From Corallochytrium limacisporum Hawaii (lineage: Eukaryota; Protista; Pluriformea), in contig PDIP01000057.1 of assembly GCA_002811645.1 (NCBI GenBank), positions 53,802 through 117,801 of the forward strand: a stretch of DNA of 64,000 nucleotides. Direction: 5' to 3'. The notes beneath the pieces are model-generated. The model ran no database searches and was not told the DNA's origin. It saw only the letters and a program-made list of their open reading frames with translations. The position numbers were made by a program, and so were the translations under genes. This document shows positions 10,602-21,329 of the stretch, piece by piece (the first letter of the stretch is position 1; every line of letters starts with the position of its first letter).

Positions 10602-11263
10602 GGTGCATAAATATAGACGTTTACATTGTCCTCCAACTTCCCGCTTTCTGCCGACGCGTTTCTCGGCCTCCGCCAATGCTTTGCTCCATACGTAAACATT
10701 AGTCGTCAACTCATGCACATTGAAATACCACCAGTCAATCCTAAACCGCGCAAACCCCTACCGATAAAACACTGCATAATGCTATTGAATGCATACTCTT
10801 GCTTTTCGTATACACAAAGGACGTCCGTACCAGCATAACCTGCCAGCCAAGGATTTTGCACGGCCGTGCACTAAGGAAGGGGTGGCGGCTGAGAGTGGTG
10901 GGGGAGAAAGGCTGCTGTTTGGGAAGTAGAGTGAGGTCACATGGACCCGCACGGGGCCAAAACTGGACTTGCCGGCACAGCCCACACTGACCGACTGAGA
11001 TATCCCAGTGAAGGCCATTCAAGGTCTTGGGGAACAATTAGAGTTTTATCAGAACGCGATGGTTTGTGAGAAGCTTGTTATTTCTCGAGGCCCTGGATAA
11101 CTAGGTATTTACAGACCGTTCAGGCGACGATGTCAAGATGCGATGGTCTTGTCCTACAAACTGTGAGTAGAATCGACCGTGACAAGAAAGGTATAAGTAC
11201 ATTGGCATGTGTTGAATAAGACGTTAAAGAATTTGAATTCTGAAAAGAGAATACATTAACATA

Positions 11264-12688
11264 ATGTTGAGGCTAGGGCACCGCATGAGCAGGCGGTCAA
11301 CTATGGCGCGCCCGGTGTTGGTGCGGGTGTGCCAATATGGTACAGAGGCATCTGCAGACACTAGTAGGCCAAACAAACTCTCGCAGACGTTGGAGAAGTC
11401 TGCTCATGAGGTCTCGCCGTCGGATTTGGGAAAGTTTTTTTGTCTATCTGAAAAAGCTCAACTAGTAACGGGTGATCTCGCCAACAAATGGACCCGTAAA
11501 CTTTTCAAGATGACAGTGGATCAGGGAGTTATGGTCCGAAAGCCTGCCGTAGATGTCATCGCTGCCATGAACACATTACGCGAAATTCCGAGAGACCAAC
11601 CATTCTGGCATGTGCCACATCTGCATTTCGTACCGAAGGCCCCGGCCTCTCGGGGGGTTGGCCGTACTTTTGCGTGGTATCACACCGTGCAGGCTGCGCT
11701 GGACAGCGGATGGGTCGTAGTGGCGGTACCCCGCGCCCATCGTTGGACCGAGCGGACGTTCAAGGTCCGTCGAAGTCGGCGATTCCCTGGACTATTCGAT
11801 CAACCAATGGAGACCAATGAATTTTTGACCAGATTCAAAGCCATGAATTCTGAGTTCTGTGACGAGGTGCAGGTAACGGCCGATCTGTTTGAGGGTACTG
11901 AAGGGGCGAAGCCTGCCGTGCTGGACAAAGACAGCATGAGCCTCAGGGAGTTCATAGACGTGTGCATAAACACTACAAACGACGTGGAGGAGCAGCCAAA
12001 TCTGTTCGATGCGCTGCACGCCACATTTGAAATTCTGCGGTCTCGATGCAACGACCGAAACGTGGCGATTTTGGTGGACGGTATCAGCGCATTTGACGTG
12101 GAGCAGAGTCTTGTTCACGATATGGACCAGCTTGTACCCGTTCCTCCCAGCTCTCTGACGCTCGTGCGTCACACCATGTCTCTGGCACATGGGTTGGAGA
12201 ACTCTCAGGGTCGACGGTGCCTGATATCCACGACTACCGAGGAGGGCGTGGAACTGAACTTTGAGAACAAGGAATGGGTCCGGCAGACTGTGGCTGAAGG
12301 CTCTACTATTGATCTCAAGGAATATTTGGAGCATGTGAAGACTATTGCGGCCTCTGAACCAGCCGTGAATTCACGGGCACATGCAATCGTTCGTGAGGCC
12401 GAAAAGAAGGGAGCTGAGCCTCACCAGATGCAGCAGCTCCTGGCTGCCCTGAAGGCGGAGGATATGGCGCTTTGGAAGAGCTTAAATGCACAGAATGTCT
12501 TGCAGCGGTCTTTGACCGTTGTAGAGGTGCCGGTCTACACAGAGGAAGAGCTGATAAACATGCTCAAGCACTATTCTGACCTCGGAATGCTGTTCAATCG
12601 TAAGATCGAGCCTAAGTTTGTGCAACTCATGCATATGACAACACAGGGTAGTCCGAAGGAGGTCACAAAGTATATCCTACACATTTAG
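11264..12688 (+). CDS. DAP3: Mitochondrial ribosomal protein mS29 (DAP3/Rsm23)
   Basis: Presequence, GVMVRKPAVDVI, a P-loop-like RGVGRT followed by GWVVVAVP, FDQP..FLTRFKAMN, Walker B ILVDG, and the C-terminal VPVYTEEE..GSPKE. Confidence 0.85.
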   Translation: MLRLGHRMSRRSTMARPVLVRVCQYGTEASADTSRPNKLSQTLEKSAHEVSPSDLGKFFCLSEKAQLVTGDLANKWTRKLFKMTVDQGVMVRKPAVDVIAAMNTLREIPRDQPFWHVPHLHFVPKAPASRGVGRTFAWYHTVQAALDSGWVVVAVPRAHRWTERTFKVRRSRRFPGLFDQPMETNEFLTRFKAMNSEFCDEVQVTADLFEGTEGAKPAVLDKDSMSLREFIDVCINTTNDVEEQPNLFDALHATFEILRSRCNDRNVAILVDGISAFDVEQSLVHDMDQLVPVPPSSLTLVRHTMSLAHGLENSQGRRCLISTTTEEGVELNFENKEWVRQTVAEGSTIDLKEYLEHVKTIAASEPAVNSRAHAIVREAEKKGAEPHQMQQLLAALKAEDMALWKSLNAQNVLQRSLTVVEVPVYTEEELINMLKHYSDLGMLFNRKIEPKFVQLMHMTTQGSPKEVTKYILHI

Positions 12689-12783
12689 ATATGTTCAAAG
12701 GCCACTTAAACTGTGGATCATGTAATTAAACAGTAGTGCATGTCACTGATATGATACAAAGAGGAAGATGGTGGGCAATCCAG

Positions 12784-13500
12784 CTAGCCCAGACCATATT
12801 CCAGCCCCTGTGCAAATTTGTAGAGTTTTGCATCCAGTCCGTACCCAAACTTTTGGACTATCGACTCCAAATTCTGGCGAAGACCCTTTACCGGCAAGAC
12901 CAATACTTCAATGCACTCCTCACGCTCAAGCTGCTGCTGTGGGTTTGCATTCTCTGGAAGGTCTGGATCCACAGTCAATGACACAGAGCCCATTTTCTCA
13001 GATGACTTCCAAGGGTCCGTGAAGAGTGTCATGACCGGATTGCCTGGCGTCTTGATTGGTGTACCACTAAACCCTGTCTCCTCCTTTAGTTCCCGAACAG
13101 CAGCACTGAATGGATCTGTTTCTCCAGGGTCTAGAAGACCTGCTGGAAATTCGACTACAAATTCCTGGATCGGGGCCCGAAAGTTCAGAATGAGGATCAA
13201 GCATCGCTCCCTTGGGAAACCGTCCGCTTTCTTGGAGGCTTCCAGGAAGGGGACAACCTCTACACCTTCGATCTTTGACGCATCAAGACTGCTGCCCGGT
13301 CGACATGCGTATTCCCAGAGCACGTCATGTCCCGTTTGGGTCTGAAACTTCCAGGCACGCAGATGCAGCCATTTCCCTGCCTTCAATTCCACGTCTGTGA
13401 AGCTCTCTGGTTTATGCCCCTCTGTGATCTTCTTGGCGCGCTCTAGCTGCGCCTCCACGCTCCACTGCCAGTGGGGTCGTTGGCTTTCTCCTTCCGTCAT
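12784..13500 (-). CDS. NUDT5: Nudix hydrolase, ADP-ribose pyrophosphatase (NUDT5/Ysa1-like)
   Basis: FRAP..EFPAGLLDPGE..AAVRELKEETG Nudix box; QQLEREECIEV and LDAKLY C-terminal motifs. Confidence 0.85.
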   Translation of the reverse strand: MTEGESQRPHWQWSVEAQLERAKKITEGHKPESFTDVELKAGKWLHLRAWKFQTQTGHDVLWEYACRPGSSLDASKIEGVEVVPFLEASKKADGFPRERCLILILNFRAPIQEFVVEFPAGLLDPGETDPFSAAVRELKEETGFSGTPIKTPGNPVMTLFTDPWKSSEKMGSVSLTVDPDLPENANPQQQLEREECIEVLVLPVKGLRQNLESIVQKFGYGLDAKLYKFAQGLEYGLG

Positions 13501-13502
13501 GG

Positions 13503-13597
13503 CTAAAGAGATCGCTCATACGATTATCGGCGTGTAGCTATCTACCCCGCGGCAACCTCACAGTCTCCCCATTCCGTCTCTTTGTTATCTCACTTAC
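13503..13597 (-). other. Candidate 95-nt 5'-UTR intron of the NUDT5-like gene
   Basis: Minus strand has a CAG|GTAAGT donor and a CTCTTTAG|ccATG acceptor 2 nt before the start codon. No clear branch point. Confidence 0.35.
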
Positions 13598-13975
13598 CTG
13601 CTCGTAGGCTTTGGCACCAGGGTGAGAAGACCACTTAAAAGACCCCCCCCCTTCTTTGGGGGTCCTCCCCGGGGGCGGACTCCCTAGGAATTGGTGACGA
13701 TGCGTGGGCCCCAGAGGTTACGCAAATCCGGCTGCCCTCCAGGTCGCTACAGCCGAACTGCCTCCTTCAAGGCTTCTCCTCGTAAAAGCGGGGGCCACAT
13801 TTTTCCTTTCCCTCATTGGCGGGAGACATGGCTTGATGAGACTTGGCTGGTATGTCAATCAACCAACATTTACTCAAGACCAAAGGTAATTTCCGTGCCC
13901 GCTGAAGTATGAGCCTCCAGAGTGGATGCTCAGATTGAGCCATGGTTGGTAGATTTGGGATACATAAGAGCTGAA

Positions 13976-15007
13976 ATGTATGTCTGCATCAGCTGTGGGA
14001 CAGAATGTGCCCAACTGCTGCTGTTTGGCGGCAAGGACAAGGTTTTGCCCCGCTTTGCGACATGTCGGGTTTGTGGAAAAGTGTGTGATCCCTGCGTGGG
14101 AATGGATGGTCTACCTTTAGCATTGAGTGCAGCATTACAGCGTAAACCAGTGTGGCGGCATCTGGTCATGAATCGCATTTTGCAGGGTTACCACCCGCTG
14201 AAGGATCGTGACCTGAGTGTAACGAATGCGATACCCCACCCAATCTTGCGCGTGTCTGGAGGTGAGGCCTCCATCGATCTGAAATCATTAGTTCGTGGTT
14301 TTGGGGACATCTATTTAGCGTTTTTCGTCAGCCTGGGAGTCGGCCTGTGGCGCAAATCATTCGGCAGTGCTGGCCTCGCTCGGGTCAATCGTTGTGTGGT
14401 ATATCAAGTAGACAGCATCACACGGGGAAAAGTGATGTCAACCTTCGGCAGATTATTTGAACTACAAGACTGTTTTACACGGTATCTTTTCATGCTAGAC
14501 GATGGGCAGTCACAGAGTAAGAAGCAGCGCGAACATCAATACGTTGTACCATCTCCCTTCGGTATGGAAGGAGAGCTTCCTCGATTGGCCATTAGCTGTG
14601 GAGTGTTCATCGCTCTTGTATTTGGTCTTGTAGAGGTCTGGCCAAGACTACAACGGTGGCCAATCGGCTCGGGTGGGACCACCATTTCTGCTGCGGACGC
14701 AGCTCGTAGACCTGGCAAGGAGAGTGGCCCACGCATATGGCTCCATACGGATCGCAAACTCCGGTTGACAGCGCTTATATTTGCCCAGTGCCCAGGAATA
14801 TTGAATGCCTTGTCTCTTGTCTGGGTGTTTGAGCCCACTGCGGAGCTGTTGACAGACATTTTTATAGCTCTCCTTACCGCAATGTCGGTCATCAGCACGA
14901 TTGAGGTCTTGACAGGAGCGGATCGGCGACTGGCGGCCGTGCAGGTCATGGCCTTAACTTTGCTCGCTGAAGGCGTTTCCTATGCAATTATGTTGCAGTT
15001 TGTATAA
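13976..15007 (+). CDS. ARV1: ARV1-family ER membrane protein
   Basis: N-terminal YVCISCG..CRVCGKVCD zinc motif, WRHLVMN, and several TM helices. ATG at 13976. Confidence 0.8.
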   Translation: MYVCISCGTECAQLLLFGGKDKVLPRFATCRVCGKVCDPCVGMDGLPLALSAALQRKPVWRHLVMNRILQGYHPLKDRDLSVTNAIPHPILRVSGGEASIDLKSLVRGFGDIYLAFFVSLGVGLWRKSFGSAGLARVNRCVVYQVDSITRGKVMSTFGRLFELQDCFTRYLFMLDDGQSQSKKQREHQYVVPSPFGMEGELPRLAISCGVFIALVFGLVEVWPRLQRWPIGSGGTTISAADAARRPGKESGPRIWLHTDRKLRLTALIFAQCPGILNALSLVWVFEPTAELLTDIFIALLTAMSVISTIEVLTGADRRLAAVQVMALTLLAEGVSYAIMLQFV

Positions 15008-15213
15008 GACAATGTACATTACTTATCTACTTTCTCCATGGCCCGGGCGGCCATTGAGCTTCGTTTGGCGTGCTTTGCGAATCGCCCTGCCAACGCCACT
15101 CGGTGTGCAACATTACTTAAGCGGTTGCCCTTCCTTTCATTCTCTTCTCTTGAAACGCAGCCGGAGTTCATATAACACGTTCGCTATCAGCTACTGGTCA
15201 GCATCGCTCTGGC

Positions 15214-15870
15214 ATGGGTACCGCACCACAAAGTACATACTCAAAACCTCTAGCTGGGGCCAAGACCGCTGGCAGCAGCGGAAACAGCCGCACCGTTCCA
15301 CTACCTGTAGCACCGAATGCAGCCGCATTTAAGAAGGCCACCGAGGAGCACACTCGTAGCATGCCCAGAAGTACGCGAATGAGAACGAGAAGCTGCGGGA
15401 GGAGAATGCCGAGCTTGTATCCATCTTGCAGCGACGCGAACGCCAGTATGAAGTTGTCATGCGCGAAAATGACCGCCTTGTGAAGAAACTTGAGAATCTG
15501 AATCGGGTGTTCATGGCCACCGACCAACAGGAAGGTAAGTCCCCTAAAAAACGAGTTTATGAGCTTCAAAAAAGGCATTGATCGCACTGACCAGAGCATG
15601 TTGCTTGCGTCAAATGGAGCGAGTTCCAAGGAGAAGACTGCTACTCAACAACTGTCCGGTACGAATTCTGACGAATCCTCTGCGACAGCCCGGAGTGGGA
15701 CACCCGTGTCCAAGAACAAGAAGGTTCTTGCTGGTAATGGTGCACTGGGGGCTGCACAGACCGGAAACAAGAAACCGCATCAGCGATCAAGCACCCAGGA
15801 AGATACCACTATCCATGAGCTGGGCTCTGCAAGTGGCAGGCGCGTTCCACGCCGAAGTAAAGAGATCTGA
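15214..15870 (+). pseudogene. Coiled-coil protein split by two compensating frame changes (pseudogene, assembly error or unusual splicing)
   Basis: A heptad segment (AQKYANENEKLREENAELVSILQRRERQYEVVMRENDRLVKKLENLNRVF, 15363-15512) lies in a different frame from the flanking ORFs at 15214 and 15559, which share one frame. Confidence 0.45.
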
Positions 15871-16180
15871 AGAGCCCAAGGTGCCAACACAATTCCGGAT
15901 GAAACGAGAAGCAGCCTGCCAGGGACCTATCATTTGCCAGCGAATAAACTTTACAATATTTTGTACCATACCATTGTGTACACTGCCCGCTTGCGATTTG
16001 TGTAGTTTCCATAGCGCACCCGACCAATGACACCTGGCGATGTTTCAGGTTTTCCAAATTCTTAGATTTTACTATTACGATATAAGGGGACGTGGTGTAT
16101 GGTCTTCGTGGTGACTACGATTCTGCAGTGTTGCCATCGGAGACCATCCCGAATTACAAGGCGCTCCGCGGTCCATCTAG

Positions 16181-17299
<1,119 letters not shown>

Positions 17300-18661
17300 T
17301 CATGATCAGTTTCACAACCAAAGGCGTCATCCATTCGAATCCACAACTGTACACGACAATAGCAGTGTGTGCCTGCAGCTGTGCGCTGTTGACAAAGATC
17401 GCGGCTCCTCACGGATTGCTCGCTCTCTCACGGGCTCAACTATCCCGCATAATGTACCGCTCGCCCACACCCCCACCGTACCGTGTGTTGTTCGATGGGG
17501 ACCCCTACCGGCACTGTTTTGCTTCAACACCGTGATCGTTCGAAAAGTCCCCACTACCGCCATAGATCCCCTGATACTCCCTTTTCCGGTCTATGGCTTG
17601 TGGAATTTCTTGTTCCTGCGCCTGCGGTGGATATTGTACACTGGACCACGGGGTCCGAGGTCGGCCCTCAATTCCGCCCTTTCTTCGACAACGGGTCCGC
17701 AGTTGGCTAGTCGTAGCGGCACCACTGATTCATAGCCCACCACCGTTAATGAGTATCGTGGTACATTTGCTTCTTGTGAACCCGCTCACCTCCCTGTCCC
17801 CTCCCCACATACTTTTGCAATTGTTTTGTTGTTGTTGACTTCACTCATACAAGAAATACTAGTGCATGTTTGGGTCATTTTCATTCGTTGGAGATCCTGC
17901 TCGTCATCCATATCCCACAGCAGCTGGGTTTCAACGCCTAGCACTGCTACCGATCTCGGTGTTTTGAGACTGTCGGCGAAGGAAGACATTGACAGAGCAC
18001 ACTTACTCAATGTGTGGCTCGGCACAACATTGGACTGCTGTGCTCACTCCAAACCCGGGCGTGAAGGCCACACGGTCGGCCACGGGTCACCTTCGGGGAA
18101 AGAGCGAGCTGCCGCCCAATAATCGTTGGTATCTCAAACCAGAGCACCAGAGAATCACCACTGGCCGTGGCAAAAAAAAAGGGGGTGTGTCTCTGTGTGT
18201 GTGTGGCGGACTGAGGCGGGCCGGGGGAGTGCCAGTGCAGCAGCACACTACCAAGACCTCCCCTGCCACCTCTCCCTCGTCACTACCGACCCGCGGGCTA
18301 AGACCCTGCCGAAACGGTAGACCCTTCTCTCCGTACGGAACAGCTGACGGAGGGTGAAGAGAAGGAAAAAAATCTTTGGAGGCGGAGAAAACTTCCCGCT
18401 GATCAGGAGTTTCTCGAAAGTGGGTTTTGGCTCAAGAGAAAGGGAGATACCACGGCAGGTTTTCTTCTTTTTTTTTTTTGTGCTGATGATTCATGGCCTA
18501 GAATTAACTTTCCCGTGTTTCCGATACACTCAGTTTCAAGCGTGTGTGTGGTGGATGCTTCGGAAGGGCGGCCCGGGCACGGCACCACACAACCGAGCCA
18601 TGGTACCCCGGCAAAATTCACAGAAGCGAGTTTTCGACTTTATACCCCCCCCCTCCGGGGG

Positions 18662-18685
18662 GTGTGTGTGTGTGTGTGTGTGTGT
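18662..18685. repeat. (GT)12 microsatellite within G/C- and T-run rich intergenic DNA
   Basis: Read directly. Confidence 0.95.
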
Positions 18686-19916
18686 ACATTGTTTGGGGGG
18701 GGGGGGCCTGGTGGAACGTGTACGGGAAAAGGGGGCGATGGTAGTGGTGGAATGCTCAGCACATTCTTTTCACGAGGCCCCTCCCTGGCCCCTCCCCGGG
18801 GGAGGGGGGGGTTTTGTTCTTTGCGCTGGGTGTACCTCCCCACCCAACCGAGGAGACAGACAGAGAGAAGTTTTTTTTTTGTTTACAAGAAAAGCAGAGA
18901 GAACCCCCCTTCTCTCTCCCTTTTTTTTTTCTTTTGCTGTATTTATTATAGTGTGAAAGAGACGGTTCTCTCGGGTTGAGAAACCGACAAAGTCGGGAAC
19001 ATGGCCCCTTCTTGCTTCCCGGCGTCTCTCCCGCCCAGGAGCCTTCTGCTTCCCCAAAAAATCCTTTCCCTTCGGGGCGACACCGGCACAGTGGCTCTAC
19101 GGAAGATGAGGTTCTTTCTCGACTCCTAAGCCTCTCTCGCTGACCAGTTGAAGCATGGGCCTCCGCATTGCGTTCGGACGGTGGATGCATCACACAGCTG
19201 CGGAACGGTGGGCAATCTACACCATGGTTGTCGATAACGAAGGGGTCCTCTCCCTTGTGGCCCTGTTGCACATCACGCCTGAAGCCTTTGGAGTAACGAA
19301 GGATGCGTGGAGGACTTTATGTTTCCATACTATGTGTACCAACCGGCCGTCTACATACTAACCCCCTTCGTGCCACCGCCCTAGGGACCATTGTTTTATA
19401 TCGAAAGGGCTTGATTCATAGAATATAGGAATATGACAGTCCACCAATGGAAAAAGTCCCAACCGCACACTGCTCGGGCAAAAAGGGCCTCGCTACACCC
19501 CGGCTCTGAGTTTTGGAAGGGTGGGTATCGGCGGGGAAGCTCGGCGGACCGCTGAGTTGCCCTTCACTACGCGCGGGGAAGCCATTGGTTCCCTCCCATC
19601 CCCGTCGCACCCAGGCAAAAAGTGAAGGCGGTCCGAATCCAACACCCCCTTGTCCCGCTTTCCGGGCGGGAGTACTGACAGGGTAGCAATATCCGTTGGT
19701 GGCGTGGGCGTCTCAACATGTTCTCAAAAACGAGGGTGTCAGCTGGCTCTCACCATTCGATATGAGCTATTCAATGGAAAGGGTTTGATTATTTCCGAAA
19801 GCAACCGCGTGTCAAATAGAACGGGAAGTAGCATCTACATTTCGACACGACCGTCCGGACAAGACATGGACATTCTTCCTTAAAGAAATATTGCATAAAC
19901 AAGTAACACAGTCGCT

Positions 19917-21329
19917 ATGGTCAGCGTCAGCAACCGATCGTTAGTTAGTCTCACTAGCGGACCAGCGCTAGAAAAAAATACACGCTATGGTAGCATTGCA
20001 CAGTCGTATACGCATGTTGCAACCGAGTCGCACAGTGAAATCGGCGCCTGGGCTAAACTTGGCGGAGATGTGGTCATGTATATCCTTTCTTTTGTTGCTA
20101 GCGCAGAAGATCTATTGGAAATGGCACAGACTTCACGGGTACTTAACTACATTTGCCGGGAGCCGGAGCTATGGTACCAGCTCTGTAAGCGGTCTCATTG
20201 TCCACAGCTAGTAAAGAAGGAGCACGATGTCGACTGGCGACTCATGGTCATCGCTCTGAGCACCAAGATGCCAAAGACGCTTCTCACCCTATCACCTTCT
20301 GTCATGTTTCCCATTAGCACTGGTCGCGTGTATGCGGACATGCACTCAAGCAAACGACTAATGAATGTGGCTATGAAGCTGCGCGACTTCGGTTACTATG
20401 AAAAGAGTGAATATGTCTTCCACCGCGCCCTGGAGGCTGCCATCGAAGAGTTCGGACCGCAGAGTGAGGCTGTCGGGGATGCTGTGTACTTCGTGAGCTT
20501 GAGCAAGGGAAACCAGGGCAAGAATATTGGACTAACTGGTACTCGGGAACTGCGCCGTTTGGCAATCGACATTTACCAGAGGGTAATTGGTGAGCTCAAT
20601 GCAAAGGTTGCACTTGCAATCTATTCGTTGGCCGATGTCTATTTCGTGGAGGGTAATTATGAAAAGGCAGAACCTCTGTATTGGAAGGCGCTGAACCTGC
20701 GTCTTGAGGTCTGTCCGGAGGACGAAGAAGTCCTGGCTGAATCGTACTCGGGCCTCGGTCTAATCTACGACGCCAAACGGGACTATGACCACGCGGAGGA
20801 ATACTACCGAAAGAGTCTTGAGATGAGAGAGCGCACTCTCGGCAAGGATCATCCTAAGGTAGCACGTGTATGTGTTAATCTAGGTGCCATGTACAAGTCC
20901 AAGGGCATGCTGGACAAGACAATTGAATTGTATGAGAGGGCTCTGGCCATCAGGCAAAAGCACCTGGGCACTTCGCATCCGTACACCAAGCGCATCTATG
21001 TTATTCTGAACGACACCAAACGGCGATTTACTGTTCAGCAAGAAACCTTACGGCAACAACGTATGCAAGAAGAAGATGAAAACAGAGTGCAGCAGGCACG
21101 CATGGAAATGATGCGCCAGGAGGCATTGAGCAGTGGGCATCAGCAGGAGGATGATGTCGACGATGACCATGCAGCCGCTACCGCCACAGAGGACTCGTCA
21201 GCTGATAGCCTGCAAATCCATACGAGTCGGAGCCAGAGTCAATATGTGGGACCCACGAGCAGCGAGCCCTTAGATTCTTCAGTTGTTGGGGCATCGTTCA
21301 GCGTCGGGGATGTGACTCGTATCGGATGA
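19917..21329 (+). CDS. F-box protein with kinesin-light-chain-type TPR repeats
   Basis: F-box (WAKLGGDVVMYILSFV..LLEMAQTSR..LWYQLC) and 42-aa TPRs (GNYEKAEPLYWKAL, AEEYYRKSLEMRERTLGKDHP, YERALAIRQKHLGTSHP). Confidence 0.9.
   Translation: MVSVSNRSLVSLTSGPALEKNTRYGSIAQSYTHVATESHSEIGAWAKLGGDVVMYILSFVASAEDLLEMAQTSRVLNYICREPELWYQLCKRSHCPQLVKKEHDVDWRLMVIALSTKMPKTLLTLSPSVMFPISTGRVYADMHSSKRLMNVAMKLRDFGYYEKSEYVFHRALEAAIEEFGPQSEAVGDAVYFVSLSKGNQGKNIGLTGTRELRRLAIDIYQRVIGELNAKVALAIYSLADVYFVEGNYEKAEPLYWKALNLRLEVCPEDEEVLAESYSGLGLIYDAKRDYDHAEEYYRKSLEMRERTLGKDHPKVARVCVNLGAMYKSKGMLDKTIELYERALAIRQKHLGTSHPYTKRIYVILNDTKRRFTVQQETLRQQRMQEEDENRVQQARMEMMRQEALSSGHQQEDDVDDDHAAATATEDSSADSLQIHTSRSQSQYVGPTSSEPLDSSVVGASFSVGDVTRIG

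Noticed and set aside
13591-13600. ACTTACCTG as a U1 snRNA 5' end
   Set aside because: Downstream U1 stems, the ATTGCAC loop and the Sm site are not evident. Better read as a minus-strand splice donor.
18354-19271. Several 150-200 aa ORFs between GAPDH and the F-box/TPR gene
   Set aside because: Translations of microsatellites and homopolymer runs in promoter DNA.
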